NCBI GenBank assembly: GCA_036172245.1
Contig: JAYWIR010000017.1
Coordinates: 2,728,001-2,792,000, forward strand
Source of the DNA: Raillietiella orientalis
Taxonomy: Eukaryota
Reading direction: 5' to 3'
DNA: 64,000 nt
Below the pieces are notes generated by a model. It was not told where the DNA came from. It did not search any database and was given only the letters and a program-made list of their open reading frames with translations. Made by a program: the position numbers and the translations under genes. Of the stretch, positions 15,001 to 30,300 are shown in pieces. Every line of letters starts with the position of its first letter. Position 1 is the first letter of the stretch.

Positions 15001-18000
15001 CATTTCCACACTTTCTGTTCAGCGATGGCGACACGATACACATGAATGTAGAATTTGGAGTATTTCTGACAATGAACCCAGGGTATGCAGGAAGACAAGA
15101 GCTTCCAGAGAACCTGAAAATCATGTTTCGATTTGTGGCAATGATGGTTCCAGATAGACAGGTGAACATGGGGAAGCACTCTCGATCATGCAGGCATGCC
15201 TTTTTTTTTTTTTTTTTTCATTCAGATCATCATAAGAGTGAAAATGGCCAGTTGCGGCTTCAGAGATAATATAGTCTTAGCTAAAAAGTTTTACACCTTG
15301 TACAAGCTGTGCGAGGATCAGCTGACGAAGCAAGTTCATTACGATTTTGGACTGCGCAACATACTGTCCTGTTTGCGTACTTTGGGGCAACAGAAACGAT
15401 GCAGACCAAACGACACCGAGGAAAGCGTCGTGTTCCGAGTGTTGCGGTGAGCGCGAGATGTTATTGTTTTCGTTAAGCGGTGTGTGACTGACTAGCCTGC
15501 GTGAGTGTTTTAGTCAAAGCCTGACTTTCATGACTGGGAAACTTGGTAATGTGCTTATTCAAAGAAAACCGAGATTTTCCACAACCGAGATTCCTTTTTG
15601 CGCGCATATGAAAGAATATCCACGTTTTCACCTTACCGATAACAACGCAACCTTTTAAAAGAATCCGAGAACCGCGGTCCAGGGTGCCTATCGGATTTAC
15701 ACCGGGGATGACTTCATCCCCGATTCTCCGTCGCTGTTTGTCTGGAAACCAACGACCTTCGGAGCTTAAGAGTTCTTGAGTCTAGAGTTGCACTGTCGAG
15801 CCTTTCACTGATATACATATAAGAAAAAATACAAAGTTGCTAGATTTCAAGATCACCGTGACGAAAAATGATAAGCCAAAAGCAGCAGGCGTGTAGGTGT
15901 TTCATTGCAGCAACGTGTATAATCTTTGCTGTTCTGCCTTTGGGTGTACAAGTATGCTCGGCTATAAATTGGTGGTTTCGTTCCCCTCTTGTAAGATGGA
16001 ACACGGGGGATCGAGACAGCTTCCTACGGAATCTGAATCGGAAGACTTTTGAAGTGCATCCAACGCGTAAACGAAAAGGAAAAGAAAAGTAACTTTTGGA
16101 CTAGAATCAGCAGAGAAAGACATCTTTCGAAAATTTTCTTCAAGACAAATTCTCATGTTTCGTGTTTCACGGACAATCCTCTGTTAGTTGGAAACAAGAA
16201 AATGACGATTAACTCTGAATGTGAATGTTTCGTTCAATGGAAAAGAAAGAAATCATTAGATGAATAAAGTTGCACTCTCGTTTGATTCGTAGATTGTGAA
16301 TTTCTTAGATATGATGCTGAAATCCGGATGCCGAATCCTGTGTGCTTGTGTTGGAATGCTTGTGCAGCGAATTCGAATGATTACACTCCGATGCAAGTGA
16401 AGCATCCATTAAAAGAAAATGCTTGCGCGATTTTAGAGATATGAACCTTTCCAAATTGATGGACGAAGACGAACCATTATTTTTGAGTTTGCTGGCCGAT
16501 CTATTTCCTGGTCTCAAACTGGAGCAAATCTCGTACGATGATCTTCAATACGCTATCGACAAACATTGCAAGGATGCAAACCTGGTAAACTGGCCAAGCT
16601 GGAATCTGAAGTTGATCCAGGTAGAACACAATGATCACTCTTATCCAATAGAAGATTACTGTCGAGACTAGCTTTATGAGACATCTCTTGTGCGCCATGG
16701 ATTGATGGTGCTGGGTCCTTCGGGATCCGGGAAATCAAAATGCATGCATATCTTGATGAAAGCTCTAGAAGAAATTGGGTATCCTCATAAGGAGATGCGG
16801 ATGAATCCGAAGGTAATGCTCCCTTACTGCTCTAATTCGGAAGCTGAGTGAATGAACACGTGACCCGTGATTTTCTTTGCAATCTTTTTTTTTTCTTTCC
16901 TTTTCTTTTCTTCCTCGTTCACCTCTTCCTTGCGATGCAATGACTCTATCTTTAAAGCTGTCTGTTTGTTTGAAAAATTCTTTTTGACATTTATAACGAG
17001 AGAGCAATTTATCACAATGTATTACCAATTGAAAAACCAGAGGAAAGATACATATATGTGCAGAGCCAAAAGAACCGTCTAGCGGGAGATCGTGTGATTT
17101 CACCGTCGCTCGGTAAGATTAAAATGGCTTTCACCTCTAAATCCATCAAACCGTCAAAACTGTTTAAGTGTAAACGGAAGAAAAGGTGATCGAAATGACG
17201 ATCGTTAAAGTTTGAGCGGTCTCAATGTAAAAGTACGATTGGAGAGAAAACTTTGAATCTTTGTGACTAGATTAAGAAAACAAAGAAAGAAGGAAAGAAA
17301 AAAATTAGCCTCATGATATTGACATTAGGCAATCACAGCGCCTCAAATGTTCGGGAGACTCGACGTTGCTACAAACGATTGGACGGATGGGATCTTCTCG
17401 GTTCTTTGGCGGCGATCTCACAAAACCAAAAAAGGGGAACATGTATGGATAGTGCTAGATGGGCCTGTGGATGCAGTCTGGATTGAAAATTTGAATTCTG
17501 TTCTGGACGATAACAAATTACTCACACTGGCCAATGGAGATCGAATCCCGATGGCCAAAAATTGCAAACTGGTCTTCGAGCCGGATAACATCGACAACGC
17601 TTCTCCTGCGACAGTGTCTCGCATGGGAATGACATTTATGAGCTCATCCGTGTTGGAATGGAAGCCTATTCTTGAGGTTTTTATCCGTATCATATTTTCG
17701 ATTTGTACCGCTTTCCGAAGTATTTCGTTTGCAATCCTGGTGTCTCCCCTCTTTTAGAGCTGGTTTTTTAGTCGCCTTCCCGAAGAAATCAGCGTTTTCA
17801 GAGATCTGTACGGCAGCATTTTTTCCGACCTTATTCTCTTCATCAAAATCCATCTGAAGCCGAAAATGAAGATCCTCGAGTGCAATTACATCAGGCAGAG
17901 CACTGATATCCTGGAAGGACTGATTCCTAAAGATAATGATGCGATTAAGAAAATTCCTGGTATGTATATGTGTGCAAGAATCATCGCAATTATCTCTGAT

Positions 18001-21000
18001 TTCGAAACGTGCAAAAAAAAAAACCTTCCCGTTCTACGTTTTTCCAGCATTTTTCCTCTTCATACTGAAGTTTCGATTGAACAGAGAGAGAGAGAGAGAG
18101 CGAAAATTAGCTCCTAGTGATGAAACTTATAGGAACTTTGGAATGTAATGTTGCACTGCGAAGAAGCATTGCCTTTGCAGGAACAGATGAACCAGCCCGT
18201 CAAAACGAAAATCAATACTCGAATTTCAACGAAACACAGGCAGAAAACCGCTGAAGTGATCCCTGAAATGCGATTTACAGGAAAAAATTGGCCAATGCGA
18301 AAATGGCGTATTTTGTAAAATGCCTCATGCAAAATGTGATGATGCGTATGCACCGTGCATCGAACAAGGAGACACTTATCATTTCGCGGGAATCAAAGAT
18401 CTGCGTGCAACACGCTTGAAAAAGAAGTGAACGGGTTTATGTAAAGAGCTCATTCTGCGGATATGCGTCATTTCAGCTACGACGCCACTTTGATTGGGAT
18501 GAATCGCTCAACTAGCAATTCCACGTTTCCTTTTCTCCGTCGGGTTTGAATTACTTTTACTCCCTCGTTTATATGCACAGTTAGTGCGATGTACCCTTTC
18601 CACTGAAGTGGAACAATACTGATTCCTACAGCCTTCAAGAAGACCGTCCATCACCTAGACCCATCAGCTCGCGATTGCACTTTCATTCAGATTTGACGGA
18701 TAGTAACAACGACAACAGCAACAACAACAAGTCGCGAGAGGAAAAAGATGGGATCCTCGTCTTCCGGCACGATCCAAGAAATTTGCTCCCATCAAATTAT
18801 AGCTGTGTGACGCACGCGAGTTCAAGAAGCAGGTGAGCTTTACGTATGCTCTGAATATTCCCGAACTTGTCACATCATGAGTGGAGCTTCCTCCAAGATC
18901 CAAACAGGGTGCTGCATCGTCGTCTCTGGAGCTAGACCTATCTGTTTTATCGATTTCAAACATGCTGCGGAGTGTGTTCTGTGATGACCCGAGGAAATTA
19001 GAATCCATCCAGTGGGAGTTATTCCTTGCATTGATTTGAAATGATACAAGACTGGGCAGAATGGGACACATTTATCAGAAAGTCAATAATCCTGCTGCTT
19101 CTTTGTCAGTTGGATTGTCCGTCTCATCTATCCATCTTCCTAATATTTTGCCATGGCACGAAGCGATATTGTATACATGCGGGTGTAATACATGCAGTGT
19201 TTTCCAACGTCGTGTCTTGGAAATTGGATGCTCGGAGCTCCCACGGGTCTCAGTGGCATCCGTGAAAAGTGCACACGATTCTCAGAGGATAACAGAATTC
19301 AGCTGAGAGATAGATCTTTCTAACGATTTTCCATCGACTGTTGGCATGATAAAAGTGCATCCGAACTCGATCCTCCCTGCTCGGCTCGAAATTGTGACCG
19401 CATTCTCCCACACGCATATTCTTTCCTTAATTTTGGCTTTCGATTTTGCCTCTAAATTCTTGGGACGTGGATCGCCACATGGTTTTTCCCAGAGCACGCA
19501 CACGCCATTCTCTTTCCAACATTCTTTTTTCCTCCGTGTTGCAGAGCTTCCGAACTTGTTCTTGGAGCTTTTCCTGTCCTTTCTGGAAGCCGAAATCTCC
19601 TTGTTGACCGTTTCCCGTTTTCCTTCTCGCGCTACACACACTTCTGCTTGAACTCTTTCTTTTGCATCACAGGATCGGGTGCGTTCCTAACCAAGCACGT
19701 GGAAGAAACCGCACCGAAGCATACACAATGGCAAAGTTCAAGGATGCTCTTTGGGGAACTTTCGTATGCTTTCCTCGATTCAGCGCATCGGAGAGTCACT
19801 CAGAGCTCGCGGAGCTGTCCAAGATGCCATCTCCAAAATTGATCTGCAACTCCGAGCTTCCTATTTGCTATTTCCTCCGGTTTCCTCACGATTAAGGTCT
19901 TCGTTCTTCGCTCAGATGGCTGCGAGATCCCTCTTGCAGCCATCACAACCTCAATGCTTTTTACATGAATCATGAGATTAGAGGGTTGAATATCTATCTA
20001 TATGTGTATATCTGTCAGCGTAGAATCAGTTCTGCTGCTGGAATCGTCATCGGCTATCACCGCGTCGGATGCCGTTATTTCGTGGAAATGCCAAATCTGT
20101 GACACTCAGCTGCTAACGCAATCCACAATGGGTTACTCTGCCGAGGTCTACTTCTAACGTTGAAGGCATAGACTAAGGAAGCATTGATTTTTGGTTCCGT
20201 GCATCCCTATTCATTTTAAAACCTTATTCACTCCATCTTTTCTGATTTGCATTTTCTTGCTTTCGTTTCTTTCCCCAGTGGCAGTGATGTACGTCACTTG
20301 TTTGTAAACAATGCAACCTGCTCGTCAAAGTGAATAGCAAATAATCAATGGCATTTGTCTTACACTTTCCATTTTCATGGTTGGCTTGCCTCTTTTCTTT
20401 TTTTTAAGGTATTCTGGCCTCTATACTTTTCAACACTCATGAAGAACACTTTCGACGGCTAAACTCTCGAAATGTGATTCCTCTAACGAGTTATTTATTT
20501 GAAGACGAGATCTTGTTTATGCTTGCTCTTGAATGGCTTTGCCGAGGTGATCATAAACGAACTGATGAAACGTAGGGTAAAAGCAAGCCAACAGCATACT
20601 TCTCCATCTAATAGGTGAACTAACTTGCGTGGAGGCGACTTTTGGGCATTGAAAAAGTTGCACGGAAACCACCATCGATCTTAGGGCAGTGGTGGTTGGT
20701 TCGGTTAGGCTCCATCAAGTAACATATTATCCATTTACTGCTCTCTACTCGTAATTCTTTCGACTGATTGGTATGCAACAAAAGTGTATAATGAAACGAT
20801 TCAGATCTATGAGTAGTTGTGACCAAATTTCCATTTATGATTATGAGTGAATCATAGCAGCGTGGTTCTTTGGCTTGGTCAGAGGCGCTTTAAAAAAAAA
20901 TGAAACTCTCGTAGCAGCAGCTGCATAGCGATGAAAACGCACAGTTTTTTGTTTGTTTGTTTCCTGGCTTGCTTATTTGTTTGTTCTTTTGTTTCTGAAG

Positions 21001-24000
21001 TGATTTTTTTTTCCTCCCTTGCCACGAACTTCCGAAAGTACTGGACTTTTCAGTAATCAGGAACCTGTCCAGGAAACATCTGGGCAAGCTGTTCGTTTTT
21101 GCTCTCATGTGGAGTCTGGGGTCTCTTCTCGAATGGGACGACCGGTCCAAGTTCGAGTACTTCCTGATCCAGCATTCTGCTAAGCTGGATGTGCCTCACA
21201 TGAACAGTGGAGAGAGCATCTTCGAATACAGAGTCAGTGGAGATGGACTCTGGAAACACTGGTCGGAAGATGTAGAGGATTTTGTATACCCTTCCGACTA
21301 CGTACCAGAGTTCTCAAGCATTTTAGTCCCAAATGTGGACAATGTGAGAACTACTTTCCTGATCGACATTATTGCCAAACAGCACAAAGGAGTTCTTCTT
21401 ATTGGAGAGCAAGGTACGGCGAAAACCGTCATTATCAGAAGTTTCATGAAACGGTACAACGCCGAAGAACATTTGTCCAAGACCATGAATTTTTCCTATG
21501 CGACGTCCCCGAACATCTTCCAAGTGAGTAGTAACAACCTTGTTGTTCTAAATAGGAATCTTCGCCGCTTCAATCAAACGCTAGCGGCAAATCCAAATTT
21601 CAAAGCAAGCAAAGCAACTCCCACCTTGCCTCTTCCACCCCCCATCCATGCATCCATGGTTGTGAAATTTCCCCCAAACGCTTTGAGTCTGCGGTGCCTT
21701 TAACGTTTCGAACGACACTTGAGTTTTCGGTGGTTTCCACAAGAGATGAGCGTTTATTGAATTTCGCGTCTTCCGCTTTTCTCTTTCTTCCCTTTTTCGC
21801 TTCCTTGTTCCGATGTTCAAAATGTTTGATGTTTTCCTCGATCCGTTATTCAAGATCGTGCAAATTTGCTTTTTCTAGAGGAACATCGAGAGTTTTGTCG
21901 ACAAGAGAGTCGGACTGACGTACGGTCCTCCCGCAGGAAGAAAAATGACGATCTTTATTGATGATATAAATATGCCAGTGGTGAATGAATGGGGCGATCA
22001 GATTACGAACGAGATAGTTCGCCAACTCATAACGATGCAAGGATTTTATTCTCTTGACAAACCTGGAGATTTCCTGCGCATAGAAGATGTTCAGTTCCTT
22101 GCCGCTATGATCCATCCAGGAGGAGGTCGCAACGATATACCAAATAGACTCAAGAGTCAGTTTTGCATATACAATTGCTGCTTGCCTTCGAACGCGTCGA
22201 TTGATAAAATATTTGGTATGGTTGTCATTTCTCACTGAGAAACAGTCGGCAGTACGGGGTGTACATCCCCAGGAGTGATAGGAAGAGGCTACTTTTGCCC
22301 GGAAAGATTTTCCCGAGAGGTCGTGAACTTGGTTCCGTCTTTGGTTTCCATTACGCGGATCATCTGGCAGCAGACGAAAATAAAGATGCTCCCCACTCCA
22401 GCAAAATTTCACTACGTTTTCAATCTGAGAGATCTTTCTAAGATATGGGAAGGCATGCTGAAGATTCGATCCGACGAATGCCAGACCATCAACACCTTAC
22501 TTGCTCTTTGGAAACACGAGTGTTCTAGAGTCATAGGAGACAGGTAAGGAAGGAAGACTTTCTTTCTTCCTTTTCATCCCCGCACCGGTGTAGCAATGAT
22601 GTCTGTAAATCTTGTAGATTCACGGAGGTTTCAGAAGTCAGATGGTTCGAGGAAATGTCGATTCGAACATGCACTGAGCACTTGAACCACGATTCGGCGT
22701 CTCCTGCATTACTCACTGATACCTATTTCGTGGACTTTATCACCGAGATAACAGAAACTAATGAATTTGGAGAAGAGCAGTTCATCAAGATCTACGAAGG
22801 CATAACAAAGTAGGCGCAGCATACGGAGCTGAACTCTTGCGCTCTGATGTTTTTCTTTCGTTCCCCTCCCATTTGCAATGTTTCAGCCTTGATCACATCA
22901 TCGAAAAGCTGAACGGCTTTCAAGAACAGTACAATGAATCCGTACGAGGTGCAAAGCTGGACTTGGTATTTTTCAAAGACGCCATCATCCATTTGATACG
23001 ACTGTCGCGAATCCTGGGCACATCCCGTGGGAATGCACTCATGTTTGGTGTAGGAGGATCCGGGAAGCAATCTTTGACGAAACTTGTGGCTTTCATGTAC
23101 AACTACCGGTATTTCCAAATCAGTCTAACCAGGTAACGCAGTTCATTCACGAGGAACTCTGATCAGCTTTCCGCTTTGGTGGCTCGTGGTGGGTGGGAAC
23201 CAATCAAAGACAAACACTCTTGACTAGCCCTTCTCGCGATACCTACCACGTTCACCGTTGGACAGACAGTCTCGGATCCCTCCCTGAACAGCTGTGCCTT
23301 GCTCGAATTGCAGACAGTTGGTAAATGAGCGCCGTGACTGACCGCAGCGACAAATCCGTAGGAGAAAGTCAAACGTGCTGACCAAGCTAAAGGTTTCCAT
23401 CATAAGGTTGGGGAGAAGCGGCAAGTGGTGGGGGTTTCATCACACTCGTCGAAATAGCACGCACTCATTCGTTCCTCCTTACGGCCGTAATCGCCCATCA
23501 ATTCGTAGTGGAGGCACTATGGATTGATGGGCGATTCTCTCCTGGAACCAAAAAGAAGGGAATGCTTCCAGGCGAGCTTGTGCGACGATGCGTTTCGCTC
23601 AGAAAGTTCTCTGGCGTCGTCGTATCTTGAACGATCACTTCCTGACGTTGCCTGTGGAACCACTATCCTGTTGGATGCTGGCGGGAGGAAGGTGAAAACA
23701 TTGATCAAAGGCCCGAAGCTTGGAACTGGTGTGTTTAATTGGCTTCCTCTCTCCCGCTTCCTTCCCTGCATGAACTTCGCTATCACACAAAGCTGGAAGA
23801 TGAAATGCTCTTTCTCCCCATCCCCCCTTCCTCCACGCTGTTGCTTTCGGATTCACTCATTTGATTTCATTTGTTGATTTTTCTTTCATTCGCTTGTGCT
23901 CGCAAATGATCTGTTTAAGGGCTTACAACGTAAACAACTTCATCGACGACTTGAAATACCTCTATCGGGTGGCAGGAGCGGAAGGCAAAGGAATCACCTT

Positions 24001-24290
24001 CATGTTTACTGACGCCGACATCAAAGACGAGGCGTTTCTGGAATTCATGAACAATCTTCTGAGCATGGGAGAAATGACGAACCTTTTCCCAAGGGACGAA
24101 CTGGACGAAATTCTGCAGGACTTGATACCGAAAATGAAAAGAGATTTTCCACGAAGACCACCTGTACCGGACAACCTGACAGAGTATTTCGTAAACAGGG
24201 CTCTGAAAAATCTTCACGTTACATTGAGCTTCTCTCCGGTTCGTATACTATGTTCCCACCGACGGGGAGCCTGCTGCTTTATAATGCCTT

Positions 24291-24322
<32 letters not shown>

Positions 24323-27300
24323 GTGGCTCCAGATAGGGGGCAAGTTTCGGAGTAGAGCCTTGAAATTTCCCGGACTGATATCGGGATGCACCATCGACTG
24401 GTACGCTCCGTGGCCGCTCAATGCCCTTGTGGCCGTTTCACGGCACTTCCTTGAACACATGCCCATCGTGTGCACCCCGGAGGTCAAGAGCGAGGTCTGC
24501 AATATACTGGGAGAAATGCATTCCGGAATCGCCGAGCTTTGCGCACAATACTTTGAAAGGTCTGAACGAGATGTCTAGCTGAACCTGCCTCCTCGTGATT
24601 GATTGCTTTCTCCTGCCAACAGGTTCAGAAGGCAAACGTTTCTGACGCCAAAGTCATACTTGTCCTTCCTGCAAGGGTACAAGGAAACGTACACTACCAA
24701 ACACTCCTTCATCAGAACTTTGTCTGATAAAATGAGACTCGGTTTGGACAAGTTGTTCGAAGCCACAGAGTCGGTCCACCAACTCAGCTTGGAGCTGGAA
24801 GTGAAAGAAAAGGAGCTTCTGGTGGCCACTAACAAGGCAGAGATGGTCAGCATCGAATAGAGTCGGGGCGGGCGGGAAACGTTGTCGGTTCTCTGCATCT
24901 TCCCCTAGGCTCTCAAAGAAGCAGCCATCTCGGCTGAAGCCGCCGAAAAGGTGAAAATCGAAGTCGAAGCGGTGAAGAACAAAGCCCAGGAATTGCTCGC
25001 CCAGATTTCCAAAGACAAGAACGAAGCGGATCTGAGGCTGGAGGCGGCGAGACCAGCTCTAGAAGAAGCGGAAGCCGCCCTTCTGGTAGGCCGATCTAGA
25101 CAGACTTCCGATTTGCCATCGAAAGTCACCTTCTGATGGGCACCGTAGACCATCAAGAACGCAGACATAGCCACTGTCCGCAAGCTTGCCAAACCTCCTC
25201 ATCTCATCATGAAAATAATGGATTGCGTTCTGATACTCTTCCGCAAAAGGCTCGATCCGGTGGTTCCTGATCCTGAGAGACCTTGCCCAAAGACGTCGTG
25301 GGGAGAGGCTCTGAAGGTGAAAAGGAGATCAGGGGCGAAGCGATAGCAGCAGCAGCAAGCGCCTTATCGCGTCTACACCATGGGCACCTCCCTCCTTCTC
25401 TCCTCCCTCCTCTTTCCAGTTCATGAGCAACATCAACTTCTTGTCGATGCTGCAAAACTATCCCAAGGACACGATTAACGATGAGATGGTGGAATTCCTG
25501 ATGCCTTATTTGCAAATGGATGATTACAATATCGAGACCGCCAAGAGGGTGTGTGGAAATGTGGCCGGCCTCTTGTCATGGACGAAAGCCATGGTTTCCT
25601 TCTATGAAGTGAACAAAACAGTCCTCCCCCTAAAGGTAATAGCAGGAATTCACGCTACAGAGTTCCTCCGTTTCAATCTTTCCTTGGTTCTCCCAGTATC
25701 AGCGGTTTCACATTTTTAGATGATGGTAGCTAAGCAAGAAGAAAAATTGCAGGCTGCTAACAGGGAATTCACAAAGTCTCAAGCTATATACGAAGAGAAA
25801 AAGCAGGAGATGGAAGAACTTATGCAACAGTGCGAGAGGGCATCGAAGCATAAAGCGGTACTCGAGAAAAATCAATAGTAGTAGTAGTAGTAGTAGTGGT
25901 AGTAGTAGTAGTAGTAGTGGTAGTAGTAGTAGTAGTAGTAGTGGTAGTAGTAGTAGTAGTGGTAGCAGCGGCAGCAGTGGTGGTAGTAGTGGTAGAGTCA
26001 CCCATATGCAACCGAGATGGATTGTTAGGAGGGGGGGGGGGGGGAAACAAAACCAAAAAGACAAAACAATAAAAAAGAAAAAAAAAAAAAAAAGAAAAAC
26101 AACAACAACGCTTGCGTCCCCAGGCTCTGGAAGAAGACACGAATGTGTGCAGACACAAAATGCTAGCATCAGAAGCGCTGATCAGCGGTCTTTCGGGAGA
26201 ACGCCTGCGTTGGACGGAACAAATGAAGACGTTTAATGCGCAGATCGACAGACTTGTTGGTGACGTGCTGCTCTTTGTGTCCATGCTCTCCTACTTTGGT
26301 CCGTTCAATCAAGAGTACAGAGGCGTCATCCAAAAGAGAATTCAGAAACAAATAATGCGTAAAAAAATACCACTGACTGCCGATCTCGACATAACCAATG
26401 AGATGGTGGACATGACCACGGTAATCATCTCCCAAGAAAGTAGCAGCAACACTCACATTTTCATTTGCTTCCCAAACTGCCAGATCTCAAACTGGAACCT
26501 GCAAGGACTACCCACTGACAATTATTCTTTACAAAATGGTATCATTGTGACCAGGTCGACACGGTACCCTTTGCTCATTGATCCTCAAGATCAAGGCAAA
26601 AACTGGATCAAAAATCTGGAAAAGGACAGCGAGCTCATGGTACTTCGAGAGGAGATCGGAGGTCGCGACTTTTTGCCTTGTTTTTAGATCACGTTCTTGA
26701 ACCACAAGCTGTTTCGAAGTCATGTTGAAGATGCTCTTTCTAATGGGAGGCCTCTCCTGATAGAGGATGTCAGCGAAGAAATCGATCCCGTGCTTGACAG
26801 TCTGCTTGACAAGAGTTTCATCAAGATTGGAACATCATACAAGGCAAGGAGGAATGCGATGCGTACGGTCGAGTTTTCGTAACACGGCATCCACGTGAAG
26901 GTCAAAGTGGGAGACAAAGAAGTGGACATCGCAAAAGGGTTTCGACTATACATCACGACAAAACTGTCCAACCCCTCATTCAGCCCGGAAATCTTTGCCA
27001 AAGTCGCGGTTATCGATTTCACGGTAACCACAAAAGGTGAAAAAAGCAGCTCAGCAGCCTAGATGTCATCCTTCTCCACGGTTGGAGATGCACTTTTTAG
27101 GGTTGGAAGATCAACTTTTGGGAAGAGTAATCGCGACCGAAAAAAGTGAGCTGGAATCAGGAAGAATCCAGTTGCTGAAGGACGTGGCAGATAACAGGAA
27201 AAAGATGGGAGAACTCGAAGAGAATTTGCTTTCCAAGCTAACCACTGTTCAGGTACGGTTGTTCTTCGGATGCCTTGAAAAGAATCGCGCCTTGTGTCCT

Positions 27301-30300
27301 CGACGACCCTATTCCTTATTGCAACCCACCCCTCCATTCATGGTGGAAGCACATCCGATTATCCATCCCCCTTAGCGTGTGCATGCACACATGCACGATG
27401 GCACCTTGGCAACGTGAAGCGCTCGTATCGACCACGAAGGAGAACAAGGAAATAAAGAAACTTTCGTTTCCTCGTCTTCTCCCGTTCAAACTTCAGTTCC
27501 TGCGTGTGCAACTAATAGGTGATTTCTGATCCCAGGGTCCTTTGGTTGATGACGAATCCATTATCGAAGTCCTGACAGTCACGAAAGAAACCGCTATCGA
27601 AGTTGCTGAAAAGCTCAAGTTTGCCATTGACACGGAAGCAAAACTGAGCGAGGCTAGAGAGGAATACCGTCCCGTCGCTTCGAGAGGAAGCAAGCTTTAT
27701 TTCCTCATCACGGAGATGTCTACTGTCAACTGCATGTATCAGACGTCGCTGGTGCAGTTTCTGAGCATATTCGATATCTCCTTGGAAAGGTATTCCCTCT
27801 TTTCCCTGGAAGGGGGCAGGTGCTACTTTGAGAGCCGATATAACGAAGAAATCGTGTATGCCTCTGGCTGCATGCACGGTTTCGTTGCATGGTCAGCACC
27901 TTGCTTTTTCGCAAGTTGCACTTTGCCACGCAGCAGCCACTGCTGTTGCTGAGAATAAAGGCAGGGACAACAAAAAAGAAAGAAAAAAAAGAGAAGGGGA
28001 AGTGGAAAAGCCGTATGATTGCTGTTTTCTTTCATTCGAGGTCGGAAAAGTCGTACATCACCTCCAGGAGAATCACCAATATCATCGAACTGCTGACATA
28101 CGAAGTGTGGAAGTACTCTACTCGCGGCTTTTACTCGAATCACAAATTCCTCTTCACTCTGCAGCTGGCTATGAAGGTTGACATGGACAAGCAGCTAATC
28201 AAATATGAAGAGTTTGAGGTTTTCATCAAAGGTGAATCTATCATCTACTATCTTGCCAAGCTTATTCTTCCTTGTTTCCGCCGCCGCCTATGGCAGTTGC
28301 ACACGCAGGGCGAAATTTCTTTGACCTTTGTCTTCTCCGAGAAGGCCAAAGGGGCTCTCTTCCATTCGAGACACATGTCCTCAACAACTACCTGAAATCG
28401 AGACTGTCTGAGGTCAAGATTCGTATTTGGGCAGCATGATTCCCACGAATGCGGCGAGATGCAACACGACGTGACCACCTGAAATGACGGTTCCGACGCG
28501 CCTTCTCCGCGGATAAAGACTCGCTCGTTTATAAAACAGTCGCTTCCATGGTGCGCTGAAAGATTACGAGGCAGCAGCCGCAAGTGCAAGCACGTGACCA
28601 GCGATGCAACGATTCTGGCTCCTTCGCTATCTCACTCGCTGCTCTCTCTTTTCCCCCTTTCTGTGCTGTGCCCGACTTCATCCACAGCATCACCCTTTCT
28701 CAACCACCGACATCGCAAGAAACTCACTAAAGCTCTCCATCATCCAGCATGTTCTCGGCGGCAAATACTCAGCTTCTTTCTCCCTTGTGCATCCAGAATT
28801 AGTCATTCTTTTTGCGCTTCTTTCCTAGATTGCCCGTTCTTTTGTAAAGCCGACATCAGCATTTGCTTCCCCTTTCCTAGCGATTCCTCAAGATGAAGTT
28901 ACACCTCATTCGAGCAGATGTTCGAATGAGGTGTAGTTTCACACACTCACACTCACGCAGATATGTTTGTGGGCGGGGAGGGGGTGTTCACTCTTAGAGC
29001 CACGAGTCCAATGGACTTCTAGGTCATTGACAAAGTCCGGTTACCTTGGAAGGCAGCAGGAACAGCAGATTGTTGGGTAGGCAGGGAGATTCGCAATGAG
29101 AAACCGTATTAATGAACCAGGTCAACTCTTCATGTCGCACAAAAATCGGGAGTTAGAACTCCCGCCCTGAGGGGTTCTTGATGCTTGATGATTTGTGCGT
29201 TTTTTCACGCTAGGACTTACGGCCTTTTCCCTTTTGCTTCGTATTTGTTGTTTTACAAATTCAAGACCGAATTCGTTTACGGTGGCCGAGATGCGCGTCG
29301 AAGTAACGGCACACGGGCTGCTGCTGCCTCCCCTTTCTGGATACTACCTTCCTTCCTCTTAATCCGTTAAACAGTCTCTCCGAAACTTGCAAGCACACCA
29401 GATTTCCAGGCGCCCGAAGCATCGGATTGGTCCTCGTGAGAATTCTCGGGTGAGCTTGCTATTCGCTTCCTGATTGGCTGGAGAAACTGTCCCCGCAGCA
29501 ACATGAGTTCAGTATTTCGGCATCTCTCGACCCATCTGGAGTTGCTAGCACACACGATGGGAACAATTTTCGACTTCTGGAACAGTATACGGACCATGAA
29601 TAGCCATTTATATGCAACCGATTCTTTCCTTCTTTCCACGAATACTCTCGAATGTGAGCACACAATACGCGGAGCGAATGTGTGAATGCGAACCTTCAAG
29701 TCCATAAGGATTATTAAGTATTGATGGCACGGATCGCTTTCAGCTGCCTTAAACTGATTGATGTGTATGGTTCCAAAGCTTGTGATCCAATAACGCAGAA
29801 AACATCGATGCTTGAATCCGAAAAGCGATCAAAAATCATGAACCGCCTCTGCTTATGGCATCATTAAACATTCAGAGACTTGCCATACTTTCACAAGAAA
29901 AAAAAGGACAAAGTTTTCTGTAGGAATCAGTATTGAACGAGAACAGCAGCAGCAAATACAACAACAAACACCAAGCGAACAAAAGGAAAAGAAAAAAAAG
30001 ACATCAAAGGCAAACTTTAGAAACCACCAAAAGATCAAAATTTCGGAAGGAGATTTCGAAATTTTCCCATTCGGGGGTTGAAGTGAAGGTGTGCGTATGC
30101 GCTACCTGTTGACTCTAGTCATGCCGTTTCCCGTTCCGTGATCCATTCCATATGCTTTTTGTGCACAGAAATGCTCTTCTGTCTTTAAGCTTTCACGTGC
30201 GAATCTCCCTAGGTGGTGCTGCTCTGGACCTAAGTTCTATTGCTCCGAAAACTTGCAAATGGATTACCGACACGGCATGGATGAACTTGGTGGAACTTTC

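Noticed and set aside
15703..15722. 9-bp inverted repeat cggggatga/tcatccccg
   Set aside because: Short and isolated, with no supporting context.
25708..26284. Poly-Leu and poly-Thr ORFs on the minus strand
   Set aside because: They are translations of the (TAG)n microsatellite.
26421..26483. In-frame, stop-free 63-nt intron as coding sequence
   Set aside because: It has normal GT-AG ends and typical size, and removing it gives the expected continuous family sequence.
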